Origin: Tubulanus polymorphus
Taxonomy: Eukaryota > Animalia > Nemertea
Assembly: GCF_964204645.1 (NCBI RefSeq)
Contig: NC_134036.1
Location: forward strand, 11,139,859-11,203,858
DNA length: 64,000 nucleotides
Direction: 5' to 3'
The notes under the pieces are model-generated. The model saw nothing but the letters and a program-made list of their open reading frames with translations. It was not told the DNA's origin and did no database searches. Made by a program: the position numbers and the translations under genes. This document shows positions 48,901 through 60,659 of the stretch, one piece after another (position 1 is the first letter of the stretch; each line of letters opens with the position of its first letter).

Positions 48901-49239
48901 TTGATCTTGGAGTAACGATTTGACCATTAAATGATTGCTCCAAGTATAGATGAAATGTCAATTGCAAAGAAATGGAGTATACGATACCTTCTGGATACGG
49001 GAATTGAACGAAAATGAGACAGAAGATAGAATCCTCTAACAATAATTACAAGAACAAATTAGTAACTTTTGAATAAATTTAATTGTACTAAAAATCACAA
49101 TATTTGTATCAATAACTTACTAGATAAAACCATTTGAACATTTTTTTTTAAATTTTTTCTCGAACTGCTTCCCTGGAAATATTTTTTTCTTTTGCTGGAA
49201 CCAGACTTTGAGGAAAGACTTTTATCACTATCCATCGTC

Positions 49240-49650
49240 TTACAAAAAAACGCTGCCGAAAAACCTGTTTTAAAAAGTAAACAAACAATTATTAGACTTT
49301 TTTACTATCAAATGTATGACTAATTCACGAGACTTGAAATACTGACCAGATTCCGACCCGAGATTTGAAATAGTTGGTCCAACTAACTCGGGGTTCGAGA
49401 CTCCGTACAAATGTAGGTCGCCTTAATTACAAAAAACGCTGCTGAAAAACCTGTTTTAAAAAGTAAACAAACAATTATCAGACTTTTTTACTATCAAATG
49501 TATGACTAATTCACGAGACTTGAAATACTGACCAGATTCCGACCCGAGATTTGAAATAGTTGGTCCAACTAACTCGGGGTTCGAGACTCCATCCGAATCT
49601 ACATAAAATCCTGCCGCCAAACCTATTTTAGGATGTAAACGAAACAATTA
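49240..49650. repeat. About 186-bp tandem duplication (2+ copies) in the Chapaev 5' region
   Basis: AACTAACTCGGGGTTCGAGACTCC at 49381 and 49567. Confidence 0.9.
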
Positions 49651-52600
49651 TATAACTGGCCTAACTAACTTGATAATTTCTCAACTTCCAACATCAATCA
49701 TTTTGTTTTTTTCACTATTTATTGTAGTAGGCCTAGGCATGTCGTACCCTATAGGGCTAGGCCTGTCAGGCCAGACCTGACTTCAGCCCCTGGGCTTCAT
49801 ACAGGTCTTACCTTAAACGATATTAAGAGACCAGACTTATTTTTTGTATGTGCAAGAGTGACTAGTTCTTGTTCAAAGGAGGGGCAAGGCCTGGGCAGCT
49901 AGCGCTACGTAGGTTGTAGGCGCTGAAAAACGCCAAACTTAAAAAAGTCCTTAAAACGCAAAAACAAATGACATTCGCTAGCCACTCATGAGGTATCTAA
50001 CGATACGTATCATATATCATCGGAAAGCTTATGGCACCATCTACATCGGTATGTTGAGATAATATCGTTTTCCCAAACCCCTAAGAAATAATAAGCGAAT
50101 ATGTACCTCGAAAGTCGTTAGTTTTGGCCTAACCGGTTTTCAGCAGCCAACCAGGCGCAGACGACTGACAAATTTCAACTTGTGACTACATATAGATCTT
50201 CAAAACCTGGTTGAGAATACATTATAACGAAGTGGGCTCGAATCCCGTTATCCGTTTTCTCTACGGAACTGCGCGCGTACAGCTGGTCGTATTCGGTTAG
50301 TTTTCTATGAGAATGAACAAAGCAGGTGCGCGCACTTATTGTGCTGCCATCAATCGGTTTTCAAAAGAGGCTCAGAAAATCAATATTAATTGTTGACAAA
50401 TTCTGTATCTACTCTACGGTCGTGAACAGGAGAAACTTCTACAAACCGAAAAGGTAAACTTTTAAAGTCTCCGGTTCAACGCTGCAAACAAAGGGAGAGA
50501 AAGACGAAGCCACGGCGGGTAATGCGTATCGTCAGAAATACGACGACAATGATAATAGTAATAGTCGAAAAACCTACCCCTAACTCTTACAACCAACGAC
50601 AGACAGTCTTACAGTCGTCGCGAGTACGGAAGCGAGCTCGCTCACTTTTACGATCGCATCGGCAACGGCTGCGGCGGCGCTATTCTCATTACTGTGCCGC
50701 AGTTAATAAAATAAATACAGATAATCAGGCTCCAAAAAGGATCGTTAATGCGAAAATCTTTAAAAATGAATGACGATAAATCATATTTACCTAAAAATTG
50801 TTAGAATCACCTGCGCCTCTACGATTTATGATCTTCAAGTTGGCTGTAGTCCAACTGTTTATAAACTGTTTACAAACTACGCCGCGCATCAACATGGGGT
50901 TTTCAACACTGTAGAAGATCCTTTTATATTTTTCTTTCAAAGTTTAGTTGATGTAAATCGGATGAGAATTATTAATTTCATCGAGTTCATAACATTTGAA
51001 GTAAGCAAAAAGCGCAGTTCGCGTACGATGAAATGAACCAAGATCTTATAACTGCATTTAAGTTTTTGAACTCAGTTACGAAGTTGAAGCTACCAAAATG
51101 ACGTAATCGTGTTAACAAGCAGTTAAGGAAGAAACACGCTAGCAAAATTCACTCTAACGAGTCCATAATAAGAATCCATTAAGAATTGCAGCCTGTTTCG
51201 CGCAAACGAGGTGTAAAGGGACCAGCGCACGGCGGACACAGAGAAAGGTATTCGGTGACCTACTGGAAATACATTAAATATCTGTCCTATATTGATTGCC
51301 TATTGAATATGAAATTTAAGCACTTGGCTAATTAGCATATCAATGTCATCCATCCGATATGAGAAAAAGATAATTTACTTGACCATTGCTCAATTGTCAA
51401 GGATGAATTTCTTTTGTAGTGTAAATAATGATTCCTCCGAAAACAACATCAAATATAGATTTCACAGAAATCGATCTTGAAATACAATTTTAAATCTTAA
51501 AATAAAACCTGGAAGTAAAACAGTAAAACGATACCGCGGGTTCACATGAACACCTGCTGATTTCTGCAGCTAATCCAATCATAGAGGAGATTGGCTTTTT
51601 AAAACTGATATTTTTGCTTTCAGCTTTTTGCGAAAAACCTCCTGTACACCTTAATGAGGCCCTTTTTAAAAATCCAGCTACCTGGAGAATGGATAACGCT
51701 TGAATGCATGACTTGTAAGAATATATGCTCAGTCGCATGGTCAAAAGGCCTTTTATTGGAAACCCTGTCATTTGAATTCGCTCCATTTATATAGTAACAG
51801 GCTCAGCTTAATGCTGGCCTAAAAATTTATACCTTGAACACCAATTCTCACACAAAATAGTTAAATAATGGTATCAATAACGATCACTTTCTCTAACCTC
51901 CGATTGTCCATTCTTCTCCTGAATCGCATAACTCGTCATCCTCCAATACAACCATTTTTTTCTTCTGCTCTCGGAGCTTTCGATCTGTTACATCTAAAAG
52001 ATTAAAAAATTACATTCACATTTATACACATAAATAGATTATTATATCTCCCCTTTCCAGACAGCAAATATGAAAAAAGATAAATGTTTCTCCCCTCAGA
52101 TTCGACCACTAACAGCTTGTAACAGGATGTCAGTTAACTTCTGTAAATTGTATCATATTTAGTTTGGACACAAGCACCATTTTTGCTGGACACTAAAATT
52201 GTAGTGCAAATTTGCGCATAATCAAAGGCCACTAAACTAGTTACCTTCGCAAACAGTGTCTAACAGCTTTTCTTTTTCGTTCCGGCCCTTAAAAGATAGT
52301 AAAAAGTGTGAGTTTAAAAGTTACACATGCGTAAAACTAGAAAGATACTTTCTAATAGGACGAAAGAGAAATCAAAACTTAAACTCTGGGTGATGACGAG
52401 TTAGCTTGGTTGGTACATACTGTACAGTGTTATAATGCTTATCAAATATTTTTGCAAGTTGGTCCAAACGAAGTTCAACTGGATTAGACAATGAGTTGGG
52501 AATATAGACAAATATACAGATGTATTAATGCACAACGTTAGCACTTTGAAAAGTCCTGAGGCTCAAAATATGGAAGCTCGATCAACAAAATATCATACAC

Positions 52601-53349
52601 CAGGAGCCCTTAAGTATTTCAAATTTTACGGCATTACAAATTAAACCAGGCCAGTTGCTGAAAAGTTAGTTACCTTAATGCTGGTGGTAAGCTTTTATAA
52701 ATCAGATGGAGTTTTTTAAAAATATCCGAGTGTAACCAAACAACAGTCAGGTTAAAACTAATTACTGACAAAGTCCATCGTCTGACTCGTTTTTTAGGAT
52801 ATTTTGAGGATGATAGGTTGATATGTACGTGGATTGATGCATGACCTGCTTCCCTATGCGCGTCATCTACTACTTATACGTGCATACATTTGCACCAATT
52901 TGTATAAGTAGGGAAAACAAAATGCAACCTGGATACTGTTTGAAACATAGTATATCCATTAAATTCAATCGTGTCAATTCCAAGTCGGGAGATGTATCCT
53001 ATGACAGTGCTAATAATAAACAAAATTTTAGACAATAACTTAAAATCTGTTGCTATCTTACTCAAAAAACCTTTTTCCACCTACGAATGAGTACTGATGA
53101 CACAATGATGGCCGCCAATTTGTCCGCCAATTGTGTGATAATTGGCTGATCGAAAATACCAGTTTGGTTTATCAAAGATCCTTTTCCATTGAATGCCCAT
53201 CACAAATTTCATTGAAATATGCTGAACTAGTGGGAAGTTATAGGTCTCAGAATTCAGGCCAATATTGGCTATTTTTGGCACAAAAAAGGTCAAAGGACGG
53301 AAATCTTGAGTTCGATTAACCCAATTTTTCTAACGCTGATAGGGGTATG

Positions 53350-53385
<36 letters not shown>

Positions 53386-53629
53386 AAAGATCAAGATAAT
53401 TAATGAAAGCGTCTTCAAAATGTCCCTCCAAAACTTAAAAAATGTGTAAAAAGTGCTGGTTTCGGGCTCGGCGAATGACAATGGACACCAGTCAGCCATT
53501 TAGATTCTGATCGGGCTGAAGATGGGTCTCGGGTAGATACGTGTATAAACCCAGATACATGTATAATAAACCCAATATCAAGACAATCCCATGAAGTGTC
53601 TTCAAAACTTCCCAAAATAACTGGAATCC

Positions 53630-53708
53630 GTCTACGGACGAATGGTCGGACGGACGAAAAGTGAACGCAATAGCCCCCTGGGGCTAAAGTCCCAAGTGGG
53701 TTAAAAAA
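53630..53708 (+). mobile_element. End of a Helitron/Helentron-like non-autonomous element
   Basis: (CGGA)n-like tract, then ACGCAATAGCCC...GGGTTAAAAAA hairpin plus A-run; a related end is at 55770-55809. Confidence 0.4.
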
Positions 53709-53760
53709 CTAATGACCCTGAAACTCACCACAATCATAGTCATGAGCTACAACTTTCAAA

Positions 53761-54017
53761 TATCAACAATTATGTGAAAATCACGATTATTGTAAAATAG
53801 TTTTACCAAATGAAAAAGATAAGATAAAGTATTAGAATTCAAAAAATATGATTACAAGAATAAAGTACCATTTGTAATATATGGAGATTTTGAATCATTA
53901 TTTGATCAAGATAGAAAAGACATATATTATAAAAGAAAGAAATTAAATTGTAATGAAAATGATGTAATTGATTATTCAGATCCTGTAATAACAAATACTA
54001 TTAAAAAGATATACAAA
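53761..54017 (+). pseudogene. Fragment of a Polinton/Maverick-type protein-primed DNA polymerase B (exonuclease I region)
   Basis: YQQLCENHDYCKIVLPNEKD/KVLEFKKYDYKNKVPFVIYGDFESL; a 5-nt AAGAT duplication shifts the frame; AT-rich. Confidence 0.72.
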
Positions 54018-55547
54018 CGCTCTTGTGTCATCAAGCTATGGCATGTTGGGATCCTTGCCTCTACATTCTGTGGTGACTGACTTCCTGATGAGGCTAATAT
54101 TAACAACCCTTGCATAGCCCAGGGCTTTCTCGACATAGCTTTTCAGCGTTCTGTTTGAAACAAAGAATGCTTAGAAATTATCGAATGACAAGTCGATATT
54201 GTGATTTTATTGTGGAGGCTTTTTAGCAATTACCATCGAATACAGATGAATCTCGTATGATTCAAATATAAACACAATCAATCACAGCATCTTGACAATT
54301 TTTTCATACAAAGATCCCATCAACGACAGGCAGACAGATCATATGACAAACGAAAAGTGATAACGGAAATGAATTCAAATTTATGTAATCTCACTATTCA
54401 GTAAGTCCAATGACACGAATCTGTCGTGGCTTTACTAGAAACTTACATAACTGTTATGAATCGTAACATCAAATGAAGCGTCGTTTGGGACGTTGTATTG
54501 ACTTTTCTTAAAATACGTATCTGTTGACGAAGCCTTATATGTTGAATTCTATCTCAATATATGAGGGCTTCGCCATGTAACAGATGGATGAGAACTGCCA
54601 ACATTTTTGTACACACAATCGGTATAATATCTCAAACGGTGCCTCATAAATCAATGACAAACGAATTCCAATCCTTCTTCACTTTGATGCAACCGAATTC
54701 GAGCATTTCCGCATCAACCTAAATCTATCATATCAGAGTAATTGTTTCTTCTGATCGAAACATGATATTTAAAGATAACATTGATTTGTTTGGATTGATT
54801 GGTTAACATTGATTTGTTTGTAGGGGTTGCCAACTTCATCAATTACTAGAGTACATACTACAGTCTACCTCCGATGTTACGTTGTTGGATTTACCGTAGA
54901 TTCATCTTATCGTATTATTTCCCAGTTCCCATTTTTTCCTTCTAAAATTTTAGGCCTTAAAAAAACCTCGAATATACCGTATTTTTCATAACGTAGATCA
55001 CTTATATCGTATAGATTATTTGGTCCCAATTAGTAAAATCAACGTAATTATCCTCGGATATAACGTATCGCAAAAATTAAAAAATGAGAAAAAATATAAC
55101 ATGTAGTAAACTAATGTATCACAGATAGTATCACAGATAACTATCGGGAAAATCCAGGGAAACTTACTGGTTTATTTTACTAAAATCTTTAGGGTTTCCA
55201 CCCCAAGATACGAAAATCTGCTGCCTCTCATTTTTGATGTTTACATTTTCAATTTGTGGCAGCACCCTATCAGCATATAGCTGTAGCTGATTGAATAGGG
55301 CGCTGTCAAGAAACACATGGACAACGGGAGAGGTTTTCACAGTTTTGTGACCATCATCCAGTCCAGTTACCTAGAAAATATAAAAATTTATTAGATGCAT
55401 TTATAATTTCCGAATTAAGCCTTTGAGGTACAATATGAGTCAAAATTCAGTTGGTTTGTTTCCTGCGAAAGGCAACCGAGGGATCCAAATTTAGACATTT
55501 TCCTACCAACCACATCCATGTTACTTAAAAAACAAAACCCTAGAAGT

Positions 55548-55809
55548 AACAAGCAGAAGCTGCTCTTTGTACCAATACTTGAGTTTTAGCTAGACACTGT
55601 CCCACGTCCCTAGCAGGGCCTACCCTTCTTGACCAGTGGCCGAGACAATCCATGCCCAATTGGGAGATTTGAAAAGTTCAATATTCGAAGCCCGCTGGTG
55701 AACATATACAGCGAACAGTGTCCGGAAACTCACCACAATCAATTGAAATTACACGCGGATCGAAAGTACACGCAATAGCCCGTTGAGACTAATGCCCCAA
55801 ATGGGCTAA
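55548..55809 (+). mobile_element. Helitron/Helentron-like non-autonomous element
   Basis: AACAAG start; terminal hairpin TAGCCC...GGGCTAAA shared with 53671-53708. Confidence 0.35.
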
Positions 55810-56689
55810 ACGTGAACCAATTATTGGGACAGATAAATGACAACACTGTATAACGATACTGCATAGTAATATAATCATAAAGTTGTGATCCCATTTTGAA
55901 ATTTTGCTGTCAAATTGATCGAAAACGATAATTTTACAAACAAGGGATCCTTATTTAGAAATTTGTGGTCTCCTGCTAAACTTGACTGAAAAGTTTATGT
56001 TGTGTAAATTGAAGAAAATGCCAAATCTTCAATATTTACTACCCTTTTGAAATCATTTGGACATCAATGAAATAGCATTCCCATCTGGATATCTGGATAT
56101 ATCACCAGATGTGCTCTCCGACCATATCAATACGACCCAACATAACCAAAATCCAATACAAGATCACAACGTTATAGCCCCACGCACATGGCATGGAAAA
56201 AACATTTTTCCTGTAGAAAAAGGTTTTTGATGATTTTTCTTATACCATGTTGAACGTTTTATAGATTGGGGTAAAACTTTTACTCAAAATGTTTTGTGAA
56301 AAATAAGTTTTCTGTTTTGATGAAACAAACGTTTTGCCGTATGCGGCGGGCTTTTGGCTTCATCCAAGCATATTACTAATACCAGAGTGCATATTCGAGA
56401 TTTATGGATAATTCAAGAAGAAATCATCTAGAATTCTGTCCCATTGATATCTTTCTGCAAATTCAAATTTAAGAATACGAATCTTTTTCTGCAATTTCTG
56501 TAGCACATTAAATCAGATTCAAAACCTGTTGAATCCATAAATTAATATGGGAATTGGGCATGACAAATTCATAAGATTATCATACATGCATCATAAAAAC
56601 ACAAATGACAAAACTCAAATATAACTAACTTTAAATTGAAATAAAAGTGAAGAGTTACAAGGTACAACGCGAATGCCATGGTAAAATCA

Positions 56690-56953
56690 AAATCTCACCT
56701 TCATACAATACAAATCGCCCTCCATAGTGGCATTTCTCACGTGTTTAATCGTCAAATTTGCGATTGGCCCAGCTCTGCAGGGATTTTGCATCGAAATTGC
56801 AAATATTAGGTAATTTCGAATACAGCTGAGCGTTTGTCGATCGACTGGTTCATCCGACATCAGTGATGTCACTGCCCTCCTCGCCTCGTCCGAGTATAAT
56901 ACGTTCCTGATCTCTGTTGGATTCAGTCGATTCTCTGAAATAATCACATTCAA
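56690..56953 (-). pseudogene. Tyrosine recombinase fragment (box I region)
   Basis: IRNYLIFAISMQNPCRAGPIANLTIKHVRNA has the catalytic Arg context of eukaryotic transposon YRs; a splice donor follows CMK. Confidence 0.6.
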
Positions 56954-57574
56954 TTCTCAAAAATTCGGGAAAATCTTACTTATCAGGCGCACCAACTGCT
57001 CTGAATTTGACCTTGAAGAAAAAATGTTTTGTTTAAATTGAAAAAAAGCGAAGCCATGGTGGGGGCTGCGAATCGGTTGGTCGGAAACGAGCACGAAGCG
57101 GGGGTGAGGGCGTTGTATTGATCGTTGCCTCGCCTTCACCGGTTTCTTGTCTTCGCTTTTTTCGGACTCTCTTACGCTTTTTGATGACCATAAAATCGAT
57201 TGGTAACGTGGCATCTTCGTGCTTGTGCCGGTGGGTTGCGATGACTGCGGCGGACGTAATGCACTGCATGGTTTCGTTTCGGAGAATGGCTGGTTGTCTG
57301 GGCGTTTATAAGTCACTGTCTCCGGATAGGCGTTTTGAAATGACGACTCGCGAATTGGCTATCGTGGAGGGAGGCGTTTCGAAATGGCCGCCGCAGTGGT
57401 TTCGATTCTTCCTAGCTCTTTAGTTGCTGCGGGCTTATGGCCGAACGACGGCACTCCCCCTCGCAATACGTAGACGTCCGGGTGAATTATCCTGGCTAGC
57501 TTATTTAATACATCGAGATTTTGGACATAGCTATATTACAAGGTTGAAGATCTCATTTCGGAGACAGTGTCTTG

Positions 57575-57850
57575 ACAGTTTTGCATTCCAGGCAGATAAA
57601 GTTTTCTGACTGCGATATAATGCTTCACAACTTTCACACTCCCTGAAATCGTTCGGTTCAGATCCTGGCACATTTCTCATAACACATTTTTTAGCCTGGC
57701 ATGATATAACAGCTCTCCTTTTTGACTCTTTTTAGTAAGTTGAGTCTGTCTTAGTAATGTGTGGATTTTATTGTTGATTATATAATCTGTGTGTCACTTA
57801 GTTCCGCCTCCCGTGCAGTCTGGCTCTTCCATTTTTCCATTAAACTGATT
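57575..57850 (-). pseudogene. Third Chapaev-type transposase fragment (PHD-like finger region), absent from the ORF track
   Basis: LMEKWK...RRAVISCQAKKCVMRNVPGSEPNDFRECESCEALY/NFICLECKTVKTLS aligns with GRCVISCSAKICLIRNIPNAKQNDFVECIDCDSPY...NFKCMECCTGKTMS. Confidence 0.8.
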
Positions 57851-57980
57851 TTTGCAACAAGAAATCAGTAACTTGATTTTGATTCCAATGTTTAATGCAA
57901 TTTCCTAACTCATGTCAGCGCCTAGAAAGTTTGAAGCATTATCACTATATGTTTATCTGTAGGTAAAACTCGTCTACCAA

Positions 57981-58353
57981 TTAGCAACGAAGATCTACGA
58001 TAAAATCACTAGTATTTAGTGAATCTGCTAGTTGCAAATGAATGGCCCTAGTAACCAAACCCGTAAATATACATCTCCCTCGTTCCACACGATTGCGTCC
58101 AAATTTAACTAACATCGGGCCAAAGTAATCGACCCCGACATACTGAAATGGGCGAGAATGGGCCGCCAACCTTAAGACTTGGTAAATCGGCCATCAAGTG
58201 ATTAACAGGATTTACTTTCTGACTGTGGCTGTAAAAACAAGAGCTGATGACACTTTTGGCAATAGCACGAACATTTACAAATTTCACACTTGCGTCAATA
58301 TTAGCACCGTAGTGGTTACGTGTATGCACAGTTCGAATCCTTTTCACAGACAT
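57981..58353 (-). pseudogene. BEL/Pao LTR retrotransposon integrase fragment
   Basis: HTRNHYG, MADLP, RPFQYVGVDYFGPMLVK, TRAIHLQLADSLNTSDFI. Confidence 0.88.
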
Positions 58354-59369
58354 ATTAGAAATTGTATCTGATAATTATGCTTTGTCGAATTGAGCCGATT
58401 GTAAAGGTAGAGCTGAAGTTAGGATGAAGGGAAATTAGAATGACCATAAAACAAATACGAATACATGAATCTAGATAATCTATGCCAGTAGGGAGCACTC
58501 TAAAAATAAAAGCCTGCCGCCCTCGTCACTATTCTTAAGGGGCTGTTGAGAATCAAGATTATTTCTTGGCAATAAACGTCGGTCGCAGACTGAAAAAATC
58601 GAGGCGACAAAATACTTCCGCATTGATAGCGCCACTGCGCCGATTCAAATTCAGTTATATGCATCGGAAACCCTCCAGCGATGCACTGGTACTTCAACAC
58701 TCAATGCTAGTGTTTAAGGCCCGTAAACACGAGTTCTCAGCGCGAAGGGGGCGGGCGCAGCGTCATGTGGTCCCGCTCCGTGAATAAGCGTGCGGGCAAA
58801 GCGTGCGAAATCTCCGTTTACGACGTGCTTACTTCTAACTCGCTTTGAAGTAGAATTCATTTCAAAATCGATTAATTTCTAAACAACTAAATGACGAATA
58901 AAACAGCTTTTGTTCGAAAAAATGGGCGTAGATCGCGTTGTGTGACAAGTAGCGTAGGTCAATTGCGAATAGAAGTGATTGTCAGTGACAATGAATGTCC
59001 TACTGGAATGTAGTACTGTTCGGCCTGGTTTAGGTCGGCCTTTGCCCCGTCGCATCACGTGGCATAAGGTGTTGCATCGAAATTTCCAGCTAGGGTATAT
59101 GCGACTTGCCCGTCGCCCGAGCGTGTAGATCGAACCTTGCGCAATACGGAATTAAACTGGTAACAATTCCGCTTTTTGCGCAATTGGAATAAATGGCACC
59201 AGACAAGAAGGAAGGTATTTTAATGCCGTAATTTAAGTTAAACTGCAGCGATAATCAATTGTCTTATCACTGATTTCTTTCCATTTGATTTCTAACTTAT
59301 ATTCAGTATTGAGTATACACAATTAGCCTAGACTATATACCTTTCGGAGAACATCGACGAAGAAACCTC

Positions 59370-59456
59370 TGCTGGGGATTCGGACCCCCCTTCTCCTAGA
59401 AATCATCACCCTGGATAGGTGAGACTAGTGACTTAACCGCTGAAACCAATCGGCCA
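59370..59456 (-). mobile_element. tRNA-derived SINE head
   Basis: Minus strand GGCCGATTGGTTTCAGCGGTTAAG (A box) ... GGTCCGAATCCC (B box). Confidence 0.4.
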
Positions 59457-60659
59457 CTGAGTCTTCTTGGCTAATAATTATTGAATTTTCTGTTCTCTAA
59501 ATTGTGAAAATGGCATCACATTCATTCATTTCGTATGCATGTTGAGGTTCACTTGTCACAGATAATTGAACTAGTAGTTACCTTTTAACGTTATGTCAGA
59601 TAGAATTTTTTCCTTCCATAGATTTTAATGCCCTCGTTCAACGGCGTGTATAAGGAGTGACACCTACAACAACAAAAAAAAACTAAAAAAATCAGGTACA
59701 ACATGTATTGAATCAAACGCTAATCTTTTCGATTCAAATACAAGAGTGGCAGTGCTTCATTCTACAAACCTTCGATAATTCCTGGGTTGAACAGGCCAGC
59801 CGATAGAATTGTGCGTGAGTTCTTAGATCGTTCCCTAAATGGGTGGCCAGCATCCCCAGCTCACTTTTTGACATGTCTAAGATCGGAAGTTATCGTAAAT
59901 TAATATTGTGCTTTGAAGATTATATATATATATATTTGTAATTGAAATTAAACATGTATCAAAGCTGTATTAGCAGTATTAGTGAAACAGTGCCAACGTA
60001 TGTCCGGAGTGTTCGGCAGCTCATCAGTTCCGGATTCTGCATTTCACATTCGGCCACAACATCGCGCATTTCTTTCGAGCCACTAAAATGCGTGTCGGCA
60101 TTCTTGCGAAGATGAATGGATTCGTCGATGGTATAACCATGGTATTTCGGTACTCAATTATTAAGTCAAGTGCCAACACCATATCTGATGTGAGCAAAAC
60201 AAACGCCTTGCGTTTTTCCTTGATTTTGCTCGATTTACGACCAAATCCATACTGAAATATATTTGATAGGTATTTTGAATACTGTTATGATTACACATTA
60301 AGCTAAAATGATGTATTATTCATGAAATAAATAGTTTGGTAGAGTATTTCAATTCATATTCTGACCCTTTATAGAACTGGGGAGTAGGTTTTTACATAAT
60401 AAACTTCTCGACTTATTACAGTACAAACTCAGAAGTATATATGTATATAATAAGCTTAGTTAGAATCCCTGTGAACTCACATAGATCTTGGAGTAATCAT
60501 TGAATGGAGGTCGCTCGCAATTCATTCTATGAATCGATCATAGTTTCTGTCAATCAACTACAGCCGAGCGCGTTATAGGCGGAGTTTACGATCGAGCACA
60601 CTTTGGCAGTCTCCGGCGTTGCTCGGCACATAGATACGCTTAGTAACCGCATAAACACC

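Larger units (their letters stand above)
41470..50424 (-). mobile_element. Second Chapaev-type transposon, containing a nested hAT element
   Basis: TIR CACGACCGTAGAG (41470-41482) and CTCTACGGTCGTG (50412-50424). Flanks TCTA and AACA do not match. Confidence 0.82.

Noticed and set aside
50522-50773. RNTTTMIIVIV as the missing TM6 of GPCR 2
   Set aside because: Hydrophobic stretch too short, with no TM5 or TM7 motifs around it.
54085-54125. Second hammerhead candidate: CTGATGA plus GGCTA...TAGCC stem
   Set aside because: The essential GAAA after stem II is missing and no stem I partner is visible; at best a dead remnant.
58714-58760. Kolobok-like terminus TTAAGG
   Set aside because: No matching opposite end found in the window.
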